From the NCBI RefSeq assembly GCF_009914755.1, contig NC_060940.1: a stretch of DNA of 64,000 bases; one strand, written 5' to 3'. This DNA is from the human T2T-CHM13v2.0 reference genome, Homo sapiens. Below, piece by piece: positions 27,221-41,700 of the stretch (position 1 is its first letter; each line of letters opens with the position of its first letter). The notes under the pieces are model-generated. The model was not told where the DNA came from. It was given only the letters and a program-made list of their open reading frames with translations, and ran no database searches. A program made the position numbers and the translations under genes.

Positions 27221-30200
27221 GGTTCCACAGGTTTCCATTCGTGTCCATTCCATTATTCCATTCTATTCCATTTGATGATGATTCCATTCGATTCCATTCA
27301 TTGGTGATTCCACTCAATTCCATTCAATGATTCCATTCCATTTCTTTCAACAATGATTCCATTAGTTTCTAATCGATGATCCACTTGATTCCATTTGACG
27401 ACGATTCCATTCTTGTCCATTCGATGATTCCATTTGATTCCATATGATGATGATTCCATTCGATTCCATACGATGATGATTCCATTCGACTCCATTCAAT
27501 GGTGATTCCATTCAATTCCATTCGATGATTCCTTTCGATTCCATTCGATGATGATGGCATTCGATTCCTTTCAATTATTCCCTTTGATTCCATTCAAAGG
27601 TGATTTCATTCAAGTCCATTCGATAATTGCATTCGATTCCATTCTATGATGATTCCATTCGAGTCCATTTGATGATTCCATTCAATTCAAGTCAATGATG
27701 ATTCCATTCGATTCCATTCGATGATTCCATTGGATTCCATTCGATGATGATTCCCTTCAAATCCATTCGATAATTCAATTCAAGTCCATTCGATGATGAT
27801 TCCAATCGAATCCATTCAAAGATTCCATTCAGTTCCATTCGATGATTCCCTTAGATTCCATTCGATGATTCCACTTGATTCCATTTACGATGATTCCATT
27901 CGATTCCATGTGATGATTCCATTCAATTCTATTCAATGATGTCTCCATTTGATTCCATTCGACCATGATTGCCTGTGATTCCATTCAATGATTCCATTCG
28001 GTTCCGTTTGATGATGATTCCGTTCGATTCCATTTGATGATTCCATTTGATTCCATTGGATGAGTCCATTCGATTACATTCGATGATTATTCCATTCGAG
28101 TGCATTAAATGATTCCATTCGAGTCCATTCGATGATTCCATTCGATTCCATTCGATGTTGATTCTGTTCAAATCCATTCGATGATTCCACTCGATTCCAT
28201 TCGATGACTCCATTTGATCCCATTCGATGATTTCCTTTGATTCCCTTTGATGATCATTCCATTTGATTCAATTCGGTGATTTCATTTGATTCCATTCAGT
28301 GATGTTTCCATTCGACTCCATTCGATGATGATTCCATTCGACTCCATTCGATTATGATTTCATTCAATTCCATTCGATAATGATTCCCTTCGAGTCCATT
28401 CGATGATTCCATTCGATTCCATTCAACGATGATTTGATTCGTGTCCATTCGATGATTCCATTTGATTCCACTTGATGATGATTCCATTCGAGTCCATTTG
28501 ATGATTCCATTCAATTCCATACTCCGATGATTTCTTTTGAGCCCACTCAATGCTTCCACTCGATTCCATATGATGATGACTCCATTCGATGAAATTCGAT
28601 GATGATTCCATTCGCTTGCTTTCGATGATGATTCCACTTGAGTCCGTTAGAAGATTCTATTCAATTACATTCCATGACGATTCCGTTCGAGTCCATTTGA
28701 TGATTCCATTAGACTCCATTCGACGATGATTCCATTCGATGTTATTCGATGATTCCATTCGATCTCATTCGATGATGATTCCATTCAACTCCATTCGATG
28801 TTTCCATTCGAGTTCATTCTATTATTCCATTAGATTCCATTCGATGATGATTCCATTCGATTCCATTTGATGATTGCATTCTATTTCATTTGATGATGAT
28901 TCCATTCGAGTCCACTCGAAGATTCCATTCGAGTCCATTCGATGATTTCATTCGAGTACATCCAATGATTCCATTCGTGTCCATTTGATGATTCCATTTG
29001 ATTCCATTTGATTATGATTCTACTAGAGTCCATTCAATGACTCCATTCGAGTCCATTCAACAATTCCATTCGACTCCATTCGATGATTCCATTCGATTCC
29101 ATTTGATGATTCCATTCGAGTCCATTTAATCATTGCAGTCGAGTCCATTTGGTGATTCCACTGGATTTCTTTTGATAATGATACCATTCAATTACATTTG
29201 ATGATGATCCCATTCAATTTCATTTGATGATGATTCCATTAGAGTCCATTCGATGATTTCATTCGAGTCCCCTCATTGATTCCATCCGATTTCATTGGAT
29301 GATGACTCCATTCGAGTCCATTCGATGATTCCACTCGATTCCATTAGATGATTCCATTGGAGTCCATTTGATTGTTCCATTCGATTCCATTCGATTCCTT
29401 TCGAAGATTATTCCATTTGAGTCCATTTGATGATGATTCCATTCCATTCCATTCGATGATTCCGTTTGATTCCATTCGATGATTCCCTTCGATTCCTTTC
29501 TTTGATGATTCCATTCCATTCCATTCAATGATTCCATTCGAATCTATTCCATGATGATTCCTTTCGATTCCATTCGCTGATGTTTCCGTTCAATTCCATT
29601 CGATGATGATTCCATTCGATTCCATTCATTGAGGATTCCATTTGATTCCATTCAATGATGATTCCATTCTATTCCATTCAATGATTGCATTCAATTCCAT
29701 TCAATGATCATCCCCTTAGAGTAAACTCAACGATTCCATTCAATACCATTCGATGATGATTCCTTTTGAGTCCATTCAATGATTTCATTCAAGTCCATTT
29801 GATGATTCCTTTCAATTCCATTCTATGATGATTCCATTCGAGTCCATTCGATGATTCCATTCGATTCCATTCGATGTTGATTCTGTTCAAATCCATTCGA
29901 TGATTCCACTCGATTCCATTCGATGACTCCAGTTGATCCCATTCGATGATTTCCTTTGATTCCCTTTGATGATCATTCTATTTGATTCAATTCGGTGATT
30001 TCATTTGATTCCATTCAATGATGTTTCTATTCGACTCCATTCGATGATGATTCCATTCGACTCCATTCGATTATGATTTCATTCAATTCCATTCGATAAT
30101 GATTCCCTTCGAGTGCATTCGATGATTCCATTCGATTCCATTCAACGATGATTTGATTCGTGTCCATTCTATGATTCCATTTGATTCCACTTGATGATGA

Positions 30201-32739
30201 TTCCATTCGAGTCCATTTGATGATTCCTTTCAATTCCATTCTCCGATGATTTCTTTTGAGCCCATTCAATGCTTCCACTCGATTCCATATGATGATGACT
30301 CCATTCGATGAAATTCGATGATGATTCCATTCGCTTGCGTTCGATGATGATTCCACTTGAGTCCGTTAGAAGATTCTATTCAATTACATTCCATGACGAT
30401 TCCGTTCGAGTCCATTTGATGATACCATTAGACTCCATTCGACGATGATTCCATTCGATGTTATTCGATGATTCCATTCGATCTCATTCGATGATGATTT
30501 CATTCAACTCCATTCGATGTTTCCATTCGAGTTTATTCTATTATTCCATTAGATTCCATTCGATGATGATTCCATTCGATTCCATTTGATGATTGCATTC
30601 TATTTCATTTGATGATGATTCCATTCGAGTCCACTCGATGATTCCATTCGAGTCCATTTAATGAATCCATTGGTTTCAATTCTATGATGATTACATTGGA
30701 TTCCATTCGTTGATGATTTCATTCGGTTCCATTCAATGATGATTCCATTCAATTCCTTTCAATGTTTCCATTCAATTCCATACGATGATGATTCCATTTG
30801 ATTTCATTCGACAGTGAGCCATTCGATTCAATTCCATGATGATTCTATTTGATTCAATTGGTTGACATTTCCATTCGATTCCATTCGATGATGATTCCCT
30901 TTGATTCCATTCAAAGATGATTCCATTCTAGCCCATTCAATCATTCCATTCGATTCTATTCAATGATGATTCCATTCATGTCGATTTGGTGATTCCATTT
31001 GACTTCATTTGATGATGATTCCTTTCAAGTTCATTAGATGATTCCATTCGATTCCATTTGATGATGATCCCATTCGAGTCCATTCAGTGATTCCATTCGT
31101 TTCCATTCCATGATGATTCCATTCCTTTCCATTCAGTGATTCCATTCGATTCCGTTTGGTGATGATTTCATTCGAGTCCATTTGATGATTCCATTTGATT
31201 CCATTCGATGATGATTCCATTCGAGTCCATTCGATGATTCTATTCGAATCCACTTGATGATTTCTTTTGATTATAGTTGGTGATGATTCCATTGGAGTCC
31301 ATTCAATGATTCCATTCGATTCCAATCGATGGTGATTCCATTAGAGTCCATTTAATGATTCCATTTGATTCCAGTCTCTGATGATTACATTCGAGTCCAT
31401 ACGATGATTCCACTCAATTCCATATGATGATGATTCCATTCGATTCCATTCGATGATTCCATTCTATTCTATTCAATGGTGATTCCATTCGAGTACATTA
31501 GATGATTCCATTCGATTCCATTCAATGATGATTCTATTTGTGTCCCTTAGATGATTCCACATGATTCCATTAGATGATGATACTATTTGAGCCCATCCAA
31601 TGATTCCCTTCGATTCCATTCGATGAGGATTCCATTCGATTCAATTCATTGGTGATTCTATTCAATTCAATTCTTTGATTCCATTGCATTCCATTCGACA
31701 ATGATTCCATTCGATTTCTTTCGATGATTCCACTCGATTCCACTTGACATTGATTCCCTTCGATTCCATTCAATGATTCCATTTGATTCCAGTGGATGAT
31801 GATTGCCATCGATTCCATTCGATCACTCCATTCTATTCCATTTGATGATGATTACATTCGATTCCATTTGATGATTCCATCTGATTCTATTCGAGGATTC
31901 CATTTGATTCCATTCGATGATGATTCCATTCGAGTCCATTCGATGATTTCATTCGAGTACATCCAATGATTCCATTCGAGTCCATTTGATGATTCCATTT
32001 GATTCCATTTGATAATGATTCTACTAGAGTCCATTCAATGACTCCATTGGAGTCCGTTCAACAATTCCATTCGACTCCATTCGATGATTCCATTCGATTC
32101 CATTTGATGATTCCATTCGAGTCCATTTGACGATGATTCCATTCGATTCCATTCGATGATTCCATTCTATTCTATTCGATGATGATTCCATTCGATTCCA
32201 TTCGATGATGATTGGATTCAATTCCATTTGATGATTTCATTTGATTCCATTCGTTAATGATTTCGATCAACTCCATTCGATGATTCCATTTGATTCCATT
32301 CGATAATGATTACATCCGAGTCCATTCGATGATTCCATTTGAGCCCGTTCGATAATTCCATTTGAGTCCAATCAATGATTCCATTCATTTCCATTCAATG
32401 ATTCCATTCGAGTCCATTTGATCATTCCGGTAGGGTCCGTTCGATGTTGATTCCATTGGAGTGCATTCGATGATTCCATTCGAGTCCATTTTATGATTTG
32501 ATTCGAGTCCTTTCGATGATTCCATTCAATTCCACTCGATGATGATTTCATTCGAGTCCATTCGACACTTCCAATCGATTCCATTTGATGTTTCCATTCG
32601 AGTCCAATTGATGATTCCATTCAATTCCATTCGATGATGATACCGTATGATTCCATTCTGTGATGATTCCATGTGATTGCATTCAATGATGATTCCTTTC
32701 GATTGCATTCGATTATGATTCATTTCGTGTTCATTCTAT
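27221..32739 (+). repeat. Two HOR units shortened by three deletions (5519 bp total)
   Basis: Landmark order skips at ~28920 (~1.3 kb lost), ~29870 (~3.0 kb lost) and ~32125 (~2.3 kb lost). CGCTTGC and CTACTAG each occur twice. Confidence 0.8.
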
Positions 32740-35700
32740 GGTTCCACAGGTTTCCATTCGATGACGTTTCCGTTCGTGTCCATTCCATTATTCCATTCTA
32801 TTTCATTTGATGATGATTCCATTCGATTCCATTCATTGGTGATTCCACTCAATTCCATTCAATGATTCCATTCCATTTCTTTCAACAATGATTCCATTAG
32901 TTTCTAATCGATGATCCACTTGATTCCATTTGACGACGATTCCATTCTTGTCCATTCGATGATTCCATTTGATTCCATATGATGATGATTCCATTCGATT
33001 CCATACCATGATGATTCCATTCGAGTCCATTCAATGGTGATTCCATTCAATTCCATTCGATGATTCCTTCCGATTCCATTCGATGATGATGACATTCGAT
33101 TCCTTTCAATCATTCCCTTTGATTCCATTCAAAAGTGATTTCAATGAAGTCCATTCGATAATTGCATTCGATTCCATTCTATGATGATTCCATTCGAGTC
33201 CATTTGATGATTCCATTCAATTCAAGTCAATGATGATTCCATTCGATTCCACTCGATGATTCCATTGGATTCCATTCGATGATGATTCCATTCAAATCCA
33301 TTCGATAATTCAATTCAAGTCCATTCGATGATGATTCCAATCGAATCCATTCAAAGATTCCATTCAATTCCATTCGATGATGATTCCCTTAGATTCCATT
33401 CGATGATTCCACTTGATTCCATTTACGATGATTCCATTCGATTCCATGTGATGAATCCATTCAATTCTATTCAATGATGTTTCCATTTGATTCCATTGGA
33501 CCATGATTGCCTTTGATTCCATTCAATGATTCCATTCGGTTCCATTTGATGATGATTCCGTTCGATTCCATTTCATTATTCCATTTGATTCCATTGGATG
33601 AGTCCATTCGATTACATTCGATGATTATTCCATTCGAGTGCATTAGATGACTGCATTCGAGTCCATTCGATGATTCCATTCGATTCCATTCGATATTGAT
33701 TCTGTTCAAATCCATTCGATGATTCCACTCGATTCCATTCGATGACTCCATTTGATCCCATTCGATGATTTCCTGTGATTCCATTTGATGATCATTCTAT
33801 TTGATTCAATTCGGTGATTTCATTTCATTCCATTCAGTGGTGTTTCCATTCGACTCTATTCGATGATGATTCCATTCGACTCCATTCGATTATGATTTCA
33901 TTCAATTCCATTCAATAATTATTCCCTTCGAGTCCATTTGATGATTCCATTCGATTCCATTCAACAATGATTTGATTCGTTTCCATTCGATGATTCCATT
34001 TGATTCTACTTGATGATGATTCCATTCGAGTCCATTTGATGATTGCATTCGAGTCTATTTATGTATTATATTCGTGTCCACTTCATGATTCCATTCAATT
34101 CCATTTAATGTTGATTCCATTTGATTCCATTTGATGATTCAGTTCGATTCCTTGCAATGATTCCCTACGATTCCGTTCTATGATGATTCCATTTGATTCC
34201 ATTCATTGATGATTTCATTCGACTCCATTCGATGATGATCCCTTTCGATTCCATTTGACGATGTTTCCATTCGAGTCCATTTGATGATGATTCTATTCAA
34301 TTCTGTTCTATTATGATTCCATTCGATTTCATTCAATGCTTCTATTTGATTCCATTCGATGATGATTCCATCTCTTTCCCTTCGATGATTCCATTTGATT
34401 CCATTCAGTGATGATTCCATTTGATTCCATCTGATGATGATTTCACTTGATTCCTTTCAATGATGATTCAATTCAAGTCCATTCGATGATTCCATTGGAG
34501 TCCAAACGATCATTCCGTTCGATTCCATTCAATGGTGATTCCATTCATGTCCATTCGATGAATCCATTCAATTCCATTCGATGATGACTCCATTCGAGTA
34601 CATTCGATGATTCCATTTGATTCCATTTGAAGATGATTCCATTCAATTCCATTCGAAGATGATTCCATTCAATTCCATTCGATGATGATTCCGTATGAAT
34701 CCATTCTCTGATTATTACATTCGATTCCATTCATTGACGATTCCACTCAATTCCATTCAATGATGATTCTCTTCTATTCCATTTGATGATTGCGGTCGAT
34801 TCCATTCGATGATGATTCCATTAGATTCCATTCGATTGTTGCATTCGATTCCCTTCGATGATGATTCCTTTGAATTCCATTCGATTATCATTCCGTATGA
34901 ATCAATTTGATGATTATTCCATTGGATTCCTTTCGACGATGATTCCATTCGAGTCCATTCGATGATTCTATTCGAATCCATTTGATGATTTCTTTTGATT
35001 ATAGTTGTTGATGATTCCTTTGGAGTCCATTCAATGATTCCATTCGATTCCAATCGATGGTGATTCCATTAGAGTCCATTTAATGATTCCATTTGATTCC
35101 AGTCTCTGATGATTACATTCGAGTCCATACGATGATTCCACTCAATTCCATATGATGATGATTCCATTCGATTCCATTCGATGATTCCATTCTATTCTAT
35201 TCAATGGTGATTCCATTCGAGTACATTAGATGATTCCATTCGATTCCATTCAATGATGATTCTATTTGTGTCCCTTAGATGGTTCCACATGATTCCATTA
35301 GATGATGATACTATTTGAGCCCATCCAATGATTCCCTTCGATTCCATTCGATGAGGATTCCATTCGAATCAATTCATTGGTGATTCTATTCAATTCAATT
35401 CTTTGATTCCATTCCATTCCATTCGACAATGATTCCATTCGATTTCTTTCGATGATTCCACTCGATTCCACTTGACATTGATTCCATTCGATTCCATTCA
35501 ATGATTCCGTTTGATTCCAGTGGATGATGATTGCCATGAATTCCATTCGATCACTCCATTCTATTCCATTTGATGATGATTACATTAGATTCCATTTGAT
35601 GATTCCATCTGATTCTATTCGAGGATTCCATTTGATTCCATTTGATGATGATTCCATTCGAGTCCATTCGATGATTTCATTCGAGTACATCCAATGATTC

Positions 35701-38700
35701 CATTCGAGTCCATTTGATGATTCCATTTGATGCCATTTGATTATGATTCTACTAGAGTCCATTCAATGACTCCATTCGAATCCATTCAACAATTCCATTC
35801 GAGTCCATTCAATGATTCCATTTCATGATTCCATTCGAGTCCATTTAATCATTACACTCGAGTCCGTTTGGTGATTCCAATGGATTTCTTTTGATAATGA
35901 TACCATTCAATTACATTTGATGATGATCCCATTCAATTTCATTTGATGATGATTCCATTAGAGTCCATTCGATGATTTCATTCGAGTCCCTTCATTGATT
36001 CCATCCGATTTCATTTGATGATGACTCCATTCGAGTCCATTCGATGATTCCACTCGATTCCATTAGATGATTCCATTGGAGTCCATTTGATTGTTCCATT
36101 CGATTCCATTCGATTCCTTTCGAAGATTATTCCATTTGAGTCCATTCGATGATGTTTCCATTCCATTCCATTCCATTCGATGATTCCGTTTGATTCCATT
36201 CGATGATTCCCTTTGATTCCTTTCTATGATGATTCCATTCCATTCCATTCAATGATTCCATTCGAATCTATTCCATGATGATTCCTTTCGATTCCATTCG
36301 CTGATGTTTCCGTTCAATTCCATTCGATGATGATTCCATTCGATTCCATTCATTGAGGATTCCATTTGATTCCATTCAATGATGATTCCATTCTATTCCA
36401 TTCAATGATTGCATTCAATTCCATTCAATGATTATCCCCTTAGAGTAAACTCAACGATTCCATTCAATACCATTCGATGATGATTCCTTTTGAGTCCATT
36501 CAATGATTTCATTCAAGTCCATTTGATGATTCCTTTCAATTCCATTCTATGATGATTCCATTCGAGTCCATTTGATGATTCCATTCGATTGCATTCGATG
36601 ATTCCATTATATTCCAGTCAACGATGATTCCATTCGAGTCCATTCGATGATTCCATTAGAGTACACTTAATGATTGCTTTGTTTTCAATTCGAAGATGAT
36701 TACATTGGATTCCATTCTATGATACCATTCGATTCCATTCAATGATGATTCCACTAAAATCCATTGGATGATTCCATTCGTGTCCATTCGGTGATTTCAT
36801 TAGATTCCATTCGAGGATGATTCCATTCGATTCCACTCGATGATTCCATTCAATTCCATTCGATGATGATTCCATTCCAGTCCATATCATCATTCCATTT
36901 GCTTTCATTCGATGATGATTCCATTCGATTCCATTCGATGTTTCCATTCTATTCTATTCGATGATGATTCCATTCGAGTCCATTCGATGATTCCATTCGA
37001 GTCCATTTAATTATTCCATTGGGTTCAATTCAATGATGATTACATTGGATTCCGTTCTATGATTCCATTCAATTCCGTTCATTGACAATTTGATTCCATT
37101 CGATGATGATTCCATTTGAGTTCATTCTATGATTCTATTCGATTCTCTTCGATGGTGATTCAATTCTATTATATTGGATGATTCCATTCGATTCCATTTG
37201 ATGTTGATTCAATTCGATTCTATTCGATGATGATTCCATTGGATTTCACTTGATGATTCTATTCGATTCCATTCAATGATGATTCACTTCTCGTCCATTG
37301 GATGATTCCATTTCATTCCATTCGATGATGATTCCATTCGATTCAATTCGATGATTCCATTTGATTCCATGCGACGGTGAGCAATTCGATTCAATTCCAT
37401 GATGATTCTATTTGATTCAATTAGATGATGTTTCCATTCGAATCCATTCCATGATTATTCCATTGGAATCCATTCGGCGATGATTCCATATGAGTCAATT
37501 CAATGATGATTCCATATGGGTCCGTTCGATGATAATTCCATTTGATTTCATTCGATGCTTCTATTCAATTCCAGTTGATGATGATTCCGTTGGAGTCCAT
37601 ACGATGATTCCATTTGATTTCATTTGATGATGATTCCATTCGTTGATGATTACATTGGATTCCATTCTATGATTCCATTCAATTCCATTCGTTGATGATT
37701 CGATTCCATTCAATGATGATTCCATTTGAGTTCATTCGATGTTTCTATTCGATTCCGTTCGATGGTGATTCAATTCTCTTATATTGGATGATTCCACTCG
37801 ATTCCATTTGATGATTATTCCATTGGAGTCCACTTAGTGAATCCTTTAGATTGTACTCGAAGATGATTCCATTCGAGTCCATTCAATGATACCATTCAAT
37901 TTCATTCGTTGATGCTTCCATTCAAGTGCATTCGATGATATCATTCGATTCCATTTGATGATAATTCCATTTGATTCCATGCGATGATTCTATTCGATTC
38001 CATTCAATGATAATTCCATTCAATTCAGTGATTCCTCTGGACTCCATTTGATGATGATTCCATTCAATGATTCCATTCGATTCTATTCCAAACTGATTCC
38101 ATTTGAATCCATTTGATGATGATTCCATTAGATTCCATTTGATGATTCCATTCGATTCCATTTGACGATGATTCCATTCTATTCCATTTGATGATTCCAT
38201 TCTATTCTATTCGATGATGATTCCATTCCGTTCCATTTGATGATGATTGGATTCGATTCCATTTGATGATTTCATTTGATTCCATTCGTTAATGATTTCG
38301 ATCAACTCCATTCGATGATTCCATTTGATTCCATTCGATAATGATTACATCCGAGTCCATTCGATGATTCCATTTGAGCCCGTTCGATAATTCCATTTGA
38401 GTCCAATCAATGATTCCATTCATTTCCATTCAATGATTCCATTCGAGTCCATTTGATCATTCTGGTAGGGTCCGTTCGATGTTGATTCCATTGGAGTGCA
38501 TTCGATGATTCCATTCGAGTCCATTTTATGATTTGATTCGAGTCCTTTCGATGATTCCATTCGATTCCACTCGATGATGATTTCATTCGAGTCCATTCGA
38601 CACTTCCAATCGATTCCATTTGATGTTTCCATTCGAGTCCAATTGATGATTCCTTTCAATTCCATTCGATGATGATTCCGTACGATTCCATTCTGTGATG

Positions 38701-38774
38701 ATTCCATGTGATTGCATTCAATGATGATTCCTTTCGATTGCATTCGATTATGATTCATTTCGTGTTCATTCTAT
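32740..38774 (+). repeat. Variant HOR unit, 6035 bp, with the divergent segment replacing ~1 kb of canonical sequence
   Basis: Landmark spacing is 6035. CGCTTGC and ACAGTGAGCC are absent and replaced by 34050-34945. Confidence 0.85.
34050..34945 (+). repeat. Divergent HSat2 segment, short form
   Basis: Contains k-mers absent from canonical units: GAGTCTATTTATGTATTATATTCGTG, CCTTGCAATGATTCCCTACG, CATCTCTTTCCC, GTCCAAACG, CCGTATGAATC. Confidence 0.85.
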
Positions 38775-41700
38775 GGTTCCACAGGTTTCCATTCGATGAC
38801 GTTTCCGTTCGTGTCCATTCCATTATTCCACTCTATTTCATTTGATGATGATTCCATTCGATTCCATTCATTGGTGATTCCACTCAATTCCATTCAATGA
38901 TTCCATTCCATTTCTTTCAACAATGATTCCATTAGTTTCTATTCGATGATCCACTTGATTCCATTTGGCGATGATTCCATTCGTGTCCATTCGATGATTC
39001 CATTTGATTCCATATGATGACGATTCCATTCGATTCCATACGATGATGATTCCATTCGAGTGCATTCAATGGTGATTCCGTTCAATTCCATTCGATGATT
39101 CCTTCCGATTCCATTCGATGATGATGACATTCGATTCCTTTCAATCATTCCCTTTGATTCCATTCAAAAGTGATTTCATTCAAGTCCATTCGATAATTGC
39201 ATTCGATTCCATTCTATGATGATTCCAATCGAGTCCATTTGATGATTCCATTCAATTCAAGTCAATGATGATTCCATTCGATTCCACTCGATGATTCCAT
39301 TGTATTCCATTCGATGATGATTCCATTAAAATCCATTCGATAATTCAATTCAAGTCCAATCGATGATGATTCCAATCGAATCCATTCAAAGATTCCATTC
39401 AATTCCATTCGATGATGATTCCCTTAGATTCCATTCGATGATTCCACTTGATTCCATTTACGATGATTCCATTCGATTCCATGTGATGAATCCATTCAAT
39501 TCTATTCAATGATGTTTCCATTTGATTCCATTGGACCATGATTGCCTTTGATTCCATTCAATGATTCCATTCGGTTCCATTTGATGATGATTCCGTTCGA
39601 TTCCATTTGATGATTCCATTTGATTCCATTGGATGAGTCCATTCGATTACATTCGATGATTATTCCATTCGAGTGCATTAGATGATTGCATTCGAGTCCA
39701 TTCGATGATTCCATTCGATTCCATTCGATGTTGATTCTGTTCAAATCCATTCGATGATTCCACTCGATTCCATTCGATGACTCCATTTGATCCCATTCGA
39801 TGATTTCCTGTGATTCCCTTTGATGATCATTCTATTTGATTCAATTCGGTGATTTCATTTCATTCCATTCAGTGATGTTTCCATTCGACTGTATTCGATG
39901 ATGATTCCATTCGACTCCATTCGATTATGATTTCATTCAATTCCATTCAATAATGATTCCCTTCGAGTCCATTCGATGATTCCATTCGATTCCATTCAAC
40001 GATGATTTGATTCGTTTCCATTCGATGATTCCATTTGATTCCACTTGATGATGATTCCATTCGAGTCCATTTGATGATTCCATTCGAGTCTATTTATGTA
40101 TTATATTCGTGTCCACTTCATGATTCCATTCAATTCCATCTAATGTTGATTCCATTTGATTCCATTTGATGATTCAGTTCGATTCCTTGCAATGATTCCC
40201 TACGATTCCTTTCTATGATGATTCCATTCGATTCCATTCATTGATGATTTCATTCGACTCCATTCGATGATGATTCCTTTCGATTCCATTTGACGATGTT
40301 TCCATTCGAGTCCATTCGATGATGATTCTATTCAATTCTGTTCTATTATGATTCCATTCGATTTCATTCAATGCTTCTATTTGATTCCATTCGATGATGA
40401 TTCCATCTCTTTCCCTTCGATGATTCCATTTGATTCCATTCAGTGATGATTCCATTTGATTCCATCTGATGATGATTTCACTTGATTCCTTTCAATGATG
40501 ATTCAATTCAAGTCCATTCGATGATTCCATTGGAGTCCAAACGATCATTCCATTCGATTCCATTCAATGGTGATTCCATTCATGTCCATTCGATGAATCC
40601 ATTCAATTCCATTCGATGATGACTCCATTCGAGTACATTCGATGATTCCATTTGATTCCATTTGAAGATGATTCCATTCAATTCCATTCGAAGATGATTC
40701 CATTCAATTCCATTCGATGATGATTCCGTATGAATCCATTCTCTGATTATTCCATTCGATTCCATTCATTGACGATTCCATTCAATTCCATTCAATTATG
40801 ATTCTCTTCTATTCCATTCGATGATTCCGGTCGATTCCATTCGATGATGATTCCATTAGATTCCATTCGATTGTTGCATTCGATTCCCTTCGATGATGAT
40901 TCCTTTGAATTCCATTCGATTATCATTCCGTATGAATCCATTTGATGATTATTCCATTGGATTCCTTTCGATGATGATTCCATTTGATTCCATTTGATGA
41001 TGTTTCTCTTGTATTCCATTGGATAATTCCTCTCAGTTCCCTTCGATGATTATTCTTTCGAGTCAATTCGATGATTCTATTCCATTCCCTTCGATGATGA
41101 TTCCATTTCACTCCATTTGATGATTCCATTCGACTCAATTTGGTGATGATTCAATTCGATGACATTCGATGACTCCATTCAATTTCATTTGATGATGATT
41201 ACATTCGAGTCCATTTGATGATTGTATTCCTTTCCTTTTGATGATTATTCCATTCGTGTCTATTCAAAGGTTCCATTCTATTCCATTCAATGATGATTGC
41301 ATTTGATTCCATTCAATGATTATGGCTATCGATTCCACTCGTTGATTCCATTTGATTCCGTTCGATGATTATTCCGTTAGATTCCATTAGAAGATTCCAT
41401 TCGATTTTATTCAATGATTCCAATGGATTCCATTCAATGATGATTCCATTCGACTCCATTCAGTGATTCCATTCGAGTCCATTTGATGATTCCATTCTTT
41501 TCCATTTGATGATGATTCCATTAGGGTCCATTCAATGATTCCATTCGAGTCCATTCGTTAATGCCTTTCGAGTCCTTTTGATCACTACATTCGAGTCCAT
41601 TCAATGATTCTATTCGATTCCATTCCATGATGATTCCATTCGAGTTCATTCGATGATTGCATTCGAGTCCATTTGATGATTCCATATGATTCCCTTCGAC

